From Macrostomum lignano (taxonomy: Eukaryota), in NCBI GenBank assembly GCA_002269645.1, contig NIVC01004018.1, forward strand, positions 1 through 64,000: a stretch of DNA of 64,000 nt, written 5' to 3'. A program made the translations under genes and the position numbers. Position 1 is the first letter of the stretch, and the number at the start of each line of letters is the position of its first letter. Shown here in pieces: positions 11,375-23,371 of this stretch. A model generated the notes under the pieces. That model was given only the letters and a program-made list of their open reading frames with translations. It did no database searches and had not been told where the DNA came from.

Positions 11375-11515
11375 ACCTGCCTCCCCTGGCGGGCTGATAG
11401 CTCAAGAGACTCTGTCTCCTGAATTTCACCTTGCAAGGCGCACTTCGAAGGGTACTCGTCCCGTGGGTGTTAAGGCAGGCCTTCTTGGGCCTTGCCGAGC
11501 TAATTCGTTGGCGCC
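11375..11515 (+). ncRNA. HDV-like self-cleaving ribozyme candidate at the LINE 5' end
   Basis: Manual fold gives every HDV element in the correct order: P1 ACCUGC/GUGGGU; P2 GGCGC..CGAA/UUCG..GCGCC; P3 GGG/CCC; L3 UACUCGU; P1.1 AC/GU; P4 GGCAGGCC/GGCCUUGCC; J4/2 GCUAA. Confidence 0.72.
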
Positions 11516-11747
11516 GGGTCCTGGTGTGACCATATAAACGCACCCTCTAATGTCCCAGTGTAACTCCGTGCTGATTGACGCTTGGCCAGGGAGTAGTCTG
11601 GTCGCTAACGGTTCCCCTTGCGCTTTTGGGTCCCCCCGCAGGGTGGTATTTTGCTTTTTGGGGGCCTGCCGCTTGGTTTGGGGTTGGTTTGGGCCTTGCG
11701 GCTCTTTGCCTGTGTTCTGCAGGAAGTCCCATTTTTACTTCCAGCCA

Positions 11748-12650
11748 ATGGCTTCTAACCAAAGTACTCAACCGGCTGTGGATGACACAGTGCCTCCAGC
11801 CTCGGCTGGGGCCGTGGACTCCGCGGCCATACCACCTGCTACCATCGGGGACGCCTCGGCGAGACCCGTGGAGCCAACTCTGAGCGGTGCCTCCGAGAAG
11901 ACACCTGCTACTCCAGCTGCCAAGCAGCTGAGCACCACCTCTGGAGCTGCCCGCCGTCGACTTAACAAGGCGAGGCGGGCCAAGGAGGGCGGAAGCCTAA
12001 CCTGCGCCAGGGGCCAACGGCCCGCGGCAGCGGAAGCTTCCCAATCTGGGGCGGTGGCGGAAGAGGGCCTCGAGCTGCGCATCCGCTCCTACGAGGCCAA
12101 CCCTCCCTGGGGCAGTGAGCAGGGCGGGCGGGATGCGGGGGCGGCCGAGGCCGAGGCGCGAGCTTCTGCCCAGACTGCCAAAGCAAACCGCCCCGCCCGG
12201 CAGCACGGCCGCGCGGGCAAAGCTAAGCGCGCCGTTGAGGGCGGAGGCGACCGACGCCCAGCGCGCAGCACCTAGCGGCGCGGCCTGTACCAGCGTGCAG
12301 CTGAGGCAGTCCGTACCGCCAAAATCACTCAGCTGAGGCGAGAGGTCGCCGGGACGCCTAGGCGCACCGGTTCGTCTAGGGAGGGTGGGGACGCCCCAGC
12401 TGGGCCCAGCCACTCGAGTCAGGGCCGACTGGAGACGGACCCGCCTGCCCAGGCGGCTGGCTGCTCCAGGGCATTGGGCCAATCTGAGGCGGAGGACCCC
12501 ATGGCTGGTGGGCGAAGGGCGGCGAACGCTGCCTATTGTCTTCCGTCCAATCGGGGGCCTTCTGCTGAAGAAGAGCCCATGGACCTGAAGCCGGTGAGCC
12601 CCGAGGAGGAGGAGGAACTCCTGGCGGCTGCAACATCCGATCTGCACTGA
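11748..12650 (+). pseudogene. LINE ORF1 (300 codons, one premature TAG at 12273)
   Basis: Frame from ATG 11748 (MASNQSTQ) stays open to TGA 12648-12650 except for TAG 12273-12275; Ala/Arg-rich with an acidic C-terminus; its stop overlaps the ORF2 ATG (TGATG). Confidence 0.65.
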
Positions 12651-14847
12651 TGCCAGCGGCAACCTGGTGTCCGCAGATCAACACCCAGCACTGTGTGGCG
12701 GCGTCAGTCAACTTGATGCGCACAACAGAGCAACAGCTTCCGGGCCTGGTCTTCGTGCAGGATCCCTGGATGACTAAAGGTAAGCCAAATAATGTGCCAT
12801 CTGGCTATATATCACTGTTTTTGCATGGCGGACTCTCAGCCTCGGCCAAGATCTCTGGTCTTTGCTGCAAAAGCTTTTGAGGCATGGATGAGACCTGATC
12901 TCTCGACTGGGGACATCTGTGTTGTTCAAATCAATAACCTCATTCCAATAAACCCGTGCTGGTCGCATATGCCTATTTCCCAGGCGATGTCCCAGTAGTC
13001 TGCGACGCGCTAGTCAACCTCATTGACTACGCCGCGTCCCGTCGGTTCGAGCTGCTCATTGCAGGGGATGTGAACGCACACCACCTGCATTGGGGCAGCA
13101 GGAACACCAATAACAGAGGCAAAGAACTGCTGGCCTATGTCAGCAGCACTAACCTCAATTTCTGTATCGTGGGCAATGCACCAACGTTCAATAATGGGCG
13201 GTGGGCCGAAGTCATCGACACCACCATCGCATCACCCGGACTGCTTTCCGCAGTTACGGGCTAGCGAGTGTGGGGCGAGGACTCGCTCTCGGACCACCGC
13301 TTTATCCGCTTTTGCATTGGGCCGACCAAGCAAAAGCCTAAGGTCACTTGGAGTCGGAACGTCAGGAATCCCGATTGGGCCGCCTTTGGCTCGAAGCTGA
13401 GCCGCGGCCTTCGGGATCTTGACCCCCCCCCCAGTGACCTCTCTGATTGCCAGGTGGTGGATGATCTCGCCTCCTCCCTGGGCAGGGCGATCACCACTGC
13501 CTTTGAAGCAGCCTGCTCTATAAAAGCCTATAAAGGCAAGAAATCTGCTCCCTGGTGGAACCCAGAGCTCGGTGCCCTTCGGCGCCGAGCCAGGACCCCC
13601 AAAGACGAGCGCTCAAAACCAAAGACCCATCTGACAGAGAGGCCTATACCCGTGCGATCCACGAGTTTAAGGGCCAAGTCAGAAGGGCCAAGACGGCTAA
13701 GTGGCGCCAGTATTGCGAAGGGCTTGAGGGCTCTCGCCCCGTAGCCCGCGTGGTTAAGGCACTCACAAATGACCGTTTTTTCTAAACTCTGTTGTGAAGA
13801 GACCTGACAGCTCGGTCACAGAGAGCTCTGAAGAGACTCTAAAGCTAATGCTCAACAGTTTCTTCCCTAAATCTCCGACTCAGCAGGGCCCGCCTGACCA
13901 CACAGTGGTTCGAGGGCAAGGCCTAGCAAAGTCTATGATCACCAAAGACCGCATTATTAGAGCGACAAGGTCCTTTAACCCATTCAAGGCGCCTGGGCCC
14001 GACGGCATCTACCCAGCGTTCTTGCACGAAGCAGTGAAAAACCACCGCTTTCTGGACTTCTTCTGTCGTCTCCTTCGAGCTTGTGTGGAGCTGGGCTATA
14101 TGTACCAGTTGCGTGGAGAGAGGCCCAGGTGGTATTTATCCCCAAGCCTGGAAAGAGCGATTACCAATCGGTGAAGGCCTTCAGGCCTATCAGCCTCACT
14201 TCTTTCTGCCTCAAGCTCCTCGAGACACTGGTGCTCTGGCGCCTACTTTCGGTCGAGCTGAAGCGCTTCCTACTCTCGCAGAACCAGCACGCTTTCCGCG
14301 CGGGCAGGTCTACCGAGAGTGCCCTCCATGTCATTGTTGACTTCCTGGAGAGGGCCGTTCTTGGCAGCGGCTTTGCCCTCTCGCTTTTCCTTGACATTGA
14401 GGGGGCCTTCGACAACATCATCTTCGAGGCCTTTTGCAGAGCCCTGGAATCCAGGGCCACGAACCCTCACCTTGTCCGGTGGATCATGTTCATGATCCGG
14501 AACCGCACTGTTGTGGCCCACCTAAACGGCAGCTCTCTTTCGGCGCCTGTCCGAAAAGGGGGCCCCAGGGCGGAGTTCTCACCCCCGTTCTCTGGAACAT
14601 GGTCATGGATGAGTTGCTTTGCAGTGATCTCCACGACCCCATTCTCAAGGTGGGCTATGCCGATGATGTGACCGCGATTTGCACGGGCCCCTCGGTTGAC
14701 ACCATCAGAGATCTTCTGCAGGGCTTTCTAGGATGAGCGGAGCGTTGGGCAAACCAATGTGGCCTTAGACTCTCAGAGTCGAAAACCACAGCGGTCATGT
14801 TTACCAACAAACTGCTCTGGACCATGAAGCCCCTCACTGGACTATGA
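12650..14847 (+). pseudogene. LINE ORF2: APE endonuclease plus reverse transcriptase, with multiple frameshifts and stops
   Basis: QINTQH, VQDPW, AGDVNAHH..WGS, NNRG, PTF, IDTT, SDH; then KAPGPDG, FRPISLTS, FLDIEGAFDN, PQGGVLTP.LW, GYADD. Confidence 0.93.
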
Positions 14848-15377
14848 AGCATAGACAGACAGTTTCAATCAGCTCTCTGTGAATGATTTTCTTATTTTAA
14901 TAGCAAAAATTAAGTTAAAAATGCATTTTTTCTCCCCGGGGTCCCCGGTTCAATTCCCCGAGGAGTATTCCCCGACAAGCTCCCCGGGGTCGACATCCCT
15001 AGTCTCGGTAAACATATAATTACATTTACACTCGGTAATAGACCGAGTCGCGGCCCGTCTCGTTAATTACGCGGACTCGTAGTCCGTCTCGGTCCGTCTC
15101 GGCTCCGTCTCGGCTCCGTCTCGGTCCGTCTCGGTCCGTCTCGGTAAAAACACGGACCCACTATGTTGGTATAAGACCAAGATGGCCACAACATTGAATC
15201 TCAATTATATTTACTCTCTCTACCATTTACCAACAACTTAATAGTTATTGTTATATTAATTATGATGTTTAATCAATATAATTCATAAATACTAATAGTC
15301 TAATACTATAAAAGATTTGAAACTAATTACCCATAATACAAAAACTTTTTTTAGTGTTTGTGTCAATTTATAGTTGA

Positions 15378-15999
15378 CGGTCATTTCGTCTGCCGCCAGT
15401 TCGTCTGCCACCCTTTCGTCTGTAAGAATACGATACAGTCGTTTCGTCTGCCAACGAATAGTAAAGTTTTAATAAGTGTAAATATGTCAGTTGTTGTCAT
15501 TAATTTGAGATTAGAGATATTTGAGATAATAGCTTGATTAAGATATCAGGATCATTTCTTAGTAGTAATGACTTAAACGAGTAATTTCTGAATAATTTTG
15601 TTTATATTTAATAAACTACACAATTGAACGAACCCATTCAATATTATCTCTTAACTTTCCAAAGCTTCAAAGCTCAAAAGCAATTAGTCGAGTTAGAATT
15701 ATTTTACTTATTATAAGTAAGTTACATGCGCACAAATTATAAATCCCATTCACAGCTCATTACGTAGATTCAATTAATGCTTATATACGAATAATTGGTC
15801 TTCTTGGAAACATTGCGATAAGCAAAATAAAAAATACAAATATTACATCTAATTTTAAATCTGAAAATTACTAGTAAATTCTAACTATTAAAAGTAAACT
15901 ATAAATTAATTTCAGCCATTTATGAAACCTATTTTGCTACTTATTTTAAAAAGTCGTTTCGTCTGCTGGCAGACAAAAAGACGGCAGACGAAATGACTG
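15378..15999. mobile_element. MITE-like element with subterminal TTCGTCTGCC repeats
   Basis: Inverted repeat CGGTCATTTCGTCTGCCG (15378) / CGGCAGACGAAATGACTG (15982-15999); exact ends and TSD not resolved. Confidence 0.55.
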
Positions 16000-17917
16000 C
16001 GCACCCAATTTATTCCCTATCATTATATCTATCAAATCTATCACTATCAGTTTATCAAGAAACTATTGCTAGTGGTAAGGCCTAATGCTATGCAAAAAAT
16101 GGGATGAATATGCAACAAGGTATTTATTTTATGCTAGGCTAGGCCTATTGGCTTTATTTAGTAGATAAATATCTATATATCAGGCTACAATAAAAGCTAA
16201 AGCCAAAGCCAAAGGGAATGATTATAATGTAATATAATTCTATTATAGCATATATTTCTCTAAGACTCGAAGATCTATACCTAATACAAGTTACTACTAA
16301 TAGAAAATGAGTGAAATGTATAGACCTAGCCCTAGGCTTATTATTATCTATTTAGACATTTAGAGCTATGGCCATCTTGTTATGTAGCCATCTTGGTCAT
16401 GTGCCACTATGTTAGGGCCTAATTATATTAATTAGCTATCTAATAACATTTTATAGGCCTAAGGGTTTTTGATAAATTTCCTGTTGTAAATTCTTAAAAA
16501 TAAGGGTTCTCCTAGAAAATAAAAGTGATCTTAGTCATTTTTTTAACTGCCATTTTTCAACTTATTTGCTATTAATCATTTTCAAATATAAGCTTTATTA
16601 ATATTTTTCAAACCAAAAATAGTCAATAAGACAAGGTATTAATAGTACTTGAAAGACTTTAGTCAAGGACCTTAAGCTAAGTAAACAAAATTGTTGTAAA
16701 ATAGTTTTGGCACATAGTGCAAGCAAACTTATTCAATAGGATTCATTCTGGCACATGGCCTAAGCAACCATTTTAAAGGATTTTTCTAGTGTATGTGTGC
16801 TATGATCCTTACTATAGATTTTGGACTTTGGTTAAAAAAGATAAAGATAAAAATAAAATATAAAAGGTATTATACTGTTAAACTTTTCATACAATATACT
16901 ATTATTATACTTATTAGACTTTTATGGCTATGTGATGTTTTAGCAAAGTAATATTTTGGCAAATCACAAAAGTAATGTTTTGGCAAAGTATTGTAACAAA
17001 TTTTGGCCATTTCAAAAAATGACCCACAATAGATAAAGTAAACAATGTGGATTCATATGAATACATTTTGCTAAATTTTCTAAAGTGTACAAATTTAATA
17101 GTAGACAAATTTCCTACTTGGTGGCTGCCATACTAGGCACTAGTGCATAACCATCTATTTTGAAAACTGCTCCTATCTCAAAGGTAGCAAATAAGAAACA
17201 AATTAAGAGTTATAATAACAAATAAAAAGTACCTTTGCTTTGCAAATAAAGAAGTTAAAAATGTTAAAAGTAACAAAGCAATAAAATTAGTAAATAAGTA
17301 CCAAGCCTAAAACTACATTTTAAAAAAATTAGAAAAAAAAGTTTTGATTTCAACAAAGTAGTCTTAATTGCCACTGGGTAGTAGAAAATTCTCTTATTAC
17401 AAGTTCAGAAATATCTTATTGCCAAAAATTACTTTGCTAAAACATTGCATAGCAAACTTTTATTTGCCTATAATAGAAATTTTTTGAACTCTTAAAAACA
17501 TCTACTTTTTTAGCTTGCACAATGTTTAAGCATTTTTATTTCATTTTTCTTTTACTAATATTTAAAATTTATCTTAAACTATAAGGATATCTTATAAGAG
17601 TTTAAAATTTTGAAATGTACGCTGAATAAAGAGATAATTTCATGTTTAAATAATAAACACAAAAGTGCACTAGGGACCCCTGTGTATACTATGATTATTT
17701 GCCAAGTGCCCTTATATATCCTAGAATTTTCTGTGGCCAAGGCTACTTCCCTGACTATGACTTTGTCTTCAAATTGAAAGAAATACTCATAAGGTGTATA
17801 TAAACTAGAAAAATCTAAAAATCCTAGAAAGTCCCTGAAAACATATAAATAACCTGTAAATTAGTGTAAAACCTAGTTTTAAGGTCATGAAAGAACAAAT
17901 TCATGCCTATCATACAT

Positions 17918-18071
17918 GCGCAACCTAGGGATTCACCCGGCCGTTTCTATTGGCAACACACATATAAGTCGCTATTGGCTGAGAGCAGTCACGTGACTAC
18001 TATTCTGTCCAATAGTGACTTACATGTGTGTGTTGCCAATAGAAACGGCCGGGTAAATCCCTAGGTTGCGC
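17918..18071. mobile_element. 154-bp near-perfect palindrome (hairpin MITE)
   Basis: GCGCAACCTAGGGAT...ATCCCTAGGTTGCGC arms centred on AGTCACGTGACT. Confidence 0.8.
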
Positions 18072-20599
18072 CCAAGCATGATGCCTATTATTGTAAGTTA
18101 TATTTTGCCAAATCAATACCTAGAATTTATAGTCTATAAATAACTTGGAAAATTTCTGGGAAACCCTAAAAAATGAAGAAATAGGAGCATATCATTGAGT
18201 TAAGAATAATTAAAATTAAAGTGTATCCATACCTAGCAGATTTAGTACCCTTATTTATTAGTACCCAATGGTTAATAATATATTGTTATATAGTATTTTA
18301 TATTGTATGAATGGAATAATAGCTACATTTTAATATGAAAGCATATTGTATAGAAATTCATATAGCTCAAATGCTAGATATTTCTAGCATACAAATACTC
18401 TAGGTTTTTCTGTTAGAAATGCAGTGCCATTTAGCATCCTTGGTCCAAAACCCCAATGCCAAACTGAAAACAACAATGCTAAGTGGGATCAATAAAAATG
18501 TTTGAAATCAAGAAAATTCCTGTACCTTTAACTTGCCACATACACTGTTTTGACTTTGAGCCTTTGACCTAGTCCCAAGTTCCCAATGCACTATATTGCT
18601 ATTCTACTGAATTCTATCCCATTAGATCAACTATCAGATAATTTAATTTGTTACAAGTTTGATAAGCAGGCATCAACCTTAGAAAAACATTGTGTCAATT
18701 TGGCATTAGGGGTCTAAATCTAGGATGCAAAAACAAAAGTTAGGATGCCATGGTATCCATATACTACAAAAAACTAGCCAAAGCTCCAGCTAGTATATAT
18801 CAAGTGTAAAAGCAGGAAATACAACTTTCTTGTATATAATCATTAGTGTAAAATTCTTAACTATATATTTTTATAGCTTGTGGCTAATGTATAAAAGCAT
18901 TGAGGTCTATGACATCCAGCATCTAAAATATGCTAAACAATCACTTTGTCATAGTAATGTTAATTTTAATATTATGACAATGAATTAGTTTAGTAAAATA
19001 TTTACAATTAGTATAAAAATTGTTTTTTCTAATCTATAATATTAACATATGCTTAAGTTCTGTTTTATTAATGTTTCAATGATTTTTTGAAAGAAATCAA
19101 GCTTTATTTTTGACTAACATATGTACTAGCATATACTTAACTACTACTTTCTGGCATATACTGTACTTATAACTTAGTCTATAACTAAGGCATAAATTCC
19201 AAAATAGTTTCAAACATCAGAGCACAATGCTTGCTTACTGTTATCAGTTGGAAGAATCTACCAATGGAGTCACCAAATAGTATAAGAATAGATGTCTGAC
19301 ATCAGTGACACTAATCATCATGACAATCAATCCATCTATTGGCTCAAAAATGATTTTGGCAAAGTGGTCGGAACTCCTAGAACTGCCACAATTGCTGATT
19401 TTAGATATAGAGTTAACTACAATGCTGATTGAATCTTAAATTGACTTACTAATAGCTTGTAGTTGAACAGATGTGACACCATTGTTATATTATTTTGCTT
19501 ACAAGCTAGTTAATTGCAATAGTGGCAATGAAACAAATTGATCCTAGCAAGCATCTATGCCTAGCATAGTCTCAAATTGGTTTGCCAATGATTGGTAGGC
19601 TGACGCATCTTTGGCACACTAAAAAGGGAGCACGAGAATCGCCCGCAGTGCAGAGATTTAGAGAACAAAGCGACATTGCATATGCATGAATTATACTCAT
19701 AGCTCGCATTGTACCCCTGCATGTATATCTAACTGAATACCTACAAGAAAACAATGCATTTGATATGCAGTTACTATCAAAACATTTTGATCAGGTAAAT
19801 CCCTTTATAAAGACTTACTAAGCATGGGGGCAATGCAGATAAAATCTGCTGTGTGGCCAAATGCATTGCAGGAAAAAGCATTGCGGGCAAACCTCGGCAG
19901 GAAAAAACTCGGCGGGCAATTCACTTGCGGGCAATTCTCATGGACCCCTTAAAAATGATAAGTTATTTCAATATTTTTCGTTTAGTGAGATGTAGATATT
20001 GGTTTTCTATCACTGAACCTAGTTTTTTTCATTTTAACTCATCAACAAGACCAGCTTTAGCTGTTTAATCTTTATCACTGGCATGCATGATATTTATTGT
20101 TGTTTCAAAGCTTTCACAAACATGTGACTGACTGCTTTGCTGCTTCTCTAGACAAGTAGACCTACCCATTCAGTAGTCTTGACAGCTACATGAAAAAAAA
20201 TGCTTGCAAAAAGTGGATGGTTTTAGATGCTTGATATTTTTTGTGTGCTGTCATCTATTTGCCTATCTTCTCTAATCTTCTCTAATGTTCTCTTTCCCTA
20301 TTTCTATATTTAGCTTCTTCCTTGCGAACTCGAAGCCAGCGGATTCCTTATTTGGACTAGACCAGACCTTTTGCATTTTGCTCGCTGTCCCACGTACTCG
20401 TGGGTTCCGTCTCTTCTCCCTTTGGTGTACATGCTTGCGCAGCAAGTACAGTCAAGTACTGCTATGGAACTGGATAGACTAACTGACCACTGCCTACTGA
20501 TGCTATTTTTAGCTCTGCACGTATAAGATGGTAACTGGGATTATCTGATACATAGAATGATTTTATTAGTTAGTCCATGAAAGAGATAGATAAAAGGAA

Positions 20600-20930
20600 T
20601 ATACAGGAGGGGAGAAGGAAAGACACCAAAGAAGAGGGAGAGATACGAGAGTAGGAGAGACACAAGAGGAGGAGAGATACGAGAGTAGGAGAGACACAAG
20701 AGGAGTAGGAGAGATACGAGAGGAGGAGGAGAGACATGAGGAGAAGGAGAGACACAAGAGGAGGAGGAGAGACATGAGGAGACACAAGAGACACGAGAGG
20801 AGAAGAGGCACAAGCGGAGAAGAGAAACACGAGAGGAGAAGAGGCACAGGCGGAGAAGAGAGACACGAGAGGAGAAGAGGAGAAGAGGCACAAGAAAGGG
20901 AGAGTCACGAAAGGAGAGACAGGTGACAGC
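20600..20930. repeat. GA-rich low-complexity tract
   Basis: Purine-biased GAGGAGAGACAC-type repeats; source of the Leu/Ser ORFs on the minus strand. Confidence 0.85.
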
Positions 20931-21032
20931 AATAGTGATATTGGATAGTCGTGCAACTCTTCTATCGCGCCTGAAATGTCTTTGAAATGGGGATTTTTTC
21001 TCAACAGAGTTAACGTGAAACAATAAAACATG

Positions 21033-21560
21033 TTACAATACTTCAAAGTCGTCTCCACCCTTCTCAGTGCACTTTTGGTGGCGCCGAATTCATCCTTGAA
21101 AGAAGTCACAGCGGTACTCAGAAGCTGGAATTGCTCTGAGCTCTGAATTGATGCACCTCGTCAGATCGTGCTAATGGTTAAACACGCGGCCAACCTTTTT
21201 GTCAACTTTAGAAACACCCAAAAGTCACGGGCCAGGTCTGGACTGAATGGTGGATTGTCAAACAAGCTTGATGTTGTTTTCAGCCAGAAAGTTGGTTGTC
21301 ATGGCAGCCTGTGTGACTGGTGAAGATAGATGGCTGGTTTGCCTTCACTGATGCGATGACGTCTAGTAGAACTGCTTGAATAAAAGCTGGCATTCACATT
21401 TTTACCGTTTTGCACCATGACGAGTGCCACTGAGCTAGAAGAGCTGTTGAAGATGTCGAACATCTTCCGGAAGCGAAAACCAGTTGGTCTCTGTCTCTGG
21501 AGCCGATCCAGGCCTTGCTTTGCGGCTGATATTTCATAGTCCGTTTTGGCCAAAACTATG
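21033..21560 (-). pseudogene. Mariner transposase relic (C-terminal half)
   Basis: Frame-broken motifs KMFDIFNSS..VNASFY, TTNFLAENNI, NPPFSPDLA-DFWVF (YSPDL-like) and C-terminal RAIP...KCTEKGGDDFE. Confidence 0.8.
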
Positions 21561-22539
21561 TTTGTGAAGTTTCTTAAGCCCTAGCATATTTGATTTCAAA
21601 GATTCAGTATTAGACTTATTGAGTGACTCTCGTACCAGTGTCTAAGCTAACGCATATGAAAAAGGCTAAATGACATAAAGCTTAGTGCAGTTCTGCAAAC
21701 ACAGATAGAAAAGCACTTCTGTATTTGGAGAGCCAATTTAACAAAGGCCAAGTTTACTTTCTCGGCACAAAAGTTTTTTTTGTAGTTGAAGAATAGAAAA
21801 GTTTAGAATAGACCTTTGTTTATCTGCTCAGTTCATTTTTGAGTGCAAGAACTTGCTCAAACAATTTAGGCTGTGTCACGAAACGGCTCGTGACTATTTT
21901 TTATAGCATCCAGTTTAGCCCTATCTGTTCTGTTTCTCAAGTCCAACCCCGCGTGTTTTCTGGTCTTATACGAGTACGGTTTCTTTCTATTTTCCGACAC
22001 TGTTGCTCTAGATTGCTTGAGAGGGTCTTATCTACATGTGAAAGGTCTGGGTGAAATCTTGTGCATTTTGTCTGAGGAGGATGTTATTTAAATAATTGGC
22101 CCAATGTTTCCGCACGACTGCGGAAACCAATTTCATCTTTAATCTTATTGGCAGGGATAAAGCTTTAAAATCGGATAGGACAATCTAAAGCGGGGTGACT
22201 ATCGGAGCCCCATATTGCCATGGGTTTGAGTCCACCCGCAGCCACATTAATTCGGGGCTTGTGCTCAGGAAAATTGGCTGAGATCTCGCCATAAGTTAGT
22301 GTTTTTAGGCAGTCGATTCGTACTCAGGGATACGTACTCAGGCACGCCCTATCTGTTTTAGGAGGATGGTTTTTGGGATTTCAAGACCTCTTATCAATTG
22401 TTATTATTTTATTGGTGCCCCGTGGCTACGAAAGGTAAATAGGAAGTGAAAGAAGACAAAGGGAGAGGATGGAAGGGAGAACAGGACAAAGGAAAGGAGA
22501 AGCCAAGGTGGTCTTTGAGACACCTCTGCTTTTAGAACG

Positions 22540-22722
22540 GAGACCACAGTGCGACTGTGGAGCAAAATAAGGGAGGAGCTGCTGAAGTTCGCTGGAGCCC
22601 TGACCCCGCAGAAGTCTATGGAAAAAAGCAAATCCATCAACAGTTCTGAAATTCCTAAGGCTACATGGAACCTTGAATGAGTCGCCAATGATCCTGGCAG
22701 CCTTCTCTTGGACACGGTACAA
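22540..22722 (-). pseudogene. C-terminal fragment of CR1/L2/Jockey-group LINE ORF2
   Basis: RVQEKAARIIG...SLR.FR.V....FFHR..RG..SSELQQLLP matches the post-RT region typical of CR1-group elements. Confidence 0.55.
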
Positions 22723-23371
22723 ATTGTTAAATTTGATTAATATTTAAGAATTGAGTCTGCAGACTTTCTGCAGCTTCTGTGGGTCAGAGAGGCTCAGCAG
22801 TGTAGAATAGAGATACTAGCTCGTAGTACTATATTTGATTTGGAGTTTTTGACTGTCGAGTTGGGACCCAGGATGCCAAATGGCAATTCAAAAGTCGCAC
22901 TCAAGTCCCCTACCAGTTTTCGTGCAGAAATGCCAACTTAATGTTGCCGCGGTCAGAATCGAACTCCCATCTACCGATCAACTACTCTGTTCCCCTTTGA
23001 TAGAATTTGTGCAAGTCTACAACACATGTATTGGCTGCGATTATCAACTACCGAAAATAAGTTTCACAACGAAGCTTTAATTACAGCAGTATTAGCTAAT
23101 TAATTTTATTCAATAAGTGTTGACTGTGTACTGTTGCGCAGTACACTTGAAGCACGGCTTGATAAGGACTGTAGCCCTTGGCGCTGACATTTTCTTTTTC
23201 ACTTCTATTTGAACAGTTAACACGTTCGTGTGACTGTTTTCATTCGCTCATTTACCTTTGCCTTGATACAGCATAATTACTTAAAGGCCGTTAAAAACTC
23301 TATTGCAACTGCAGCTTGTGTAAGCCGCCCAACTGCATAGCAAGTACCTGCAGGCCTTCAAGGATTCAGTC

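Larger units (their letters stand above)
11375..14847 (+). mobile_element. Decayed LOA/R1-group non-LTR retrotransposon, 3'-truncated
   Basis: 5' UTR, ORF1, APE endonuclease and RT in order; sequence breaks off shortly after the YADD region. The 5' boundary is uncertain (about 11290-11375). Confidence 0.85.
7549..15159. mobile_element. Non-autonomous foldback/MULE-like element (7611 bp) carrying nested insertions
   Basis: TIRs (C/G)GGTCCGTGTTTTTACCGAGACGG followed by 10-bp tandem repeats (7549-7740; 15053-15159); 9-bp TSD ACTATGTTG (7540-7548, 15160-15168). No MULE transposase seen. Confidence 0.88.

Noticed and set aside
11361-11400. Alternative HDV register GCC-UCCCCU-GGC
   Set aside because: No valid P1.1 or J4/2; the register at 11375-11515 satisfies all elements.
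18370-18810. Old degenerate inverted repeat
   Set aside because: Similarity is patchy in AT-rich DNA and no termini or TSD could be fixed.
19858-19949. Orphan transposon end with GCGGGCAA repeats
   Set aside because: No partner TIR located in the window.
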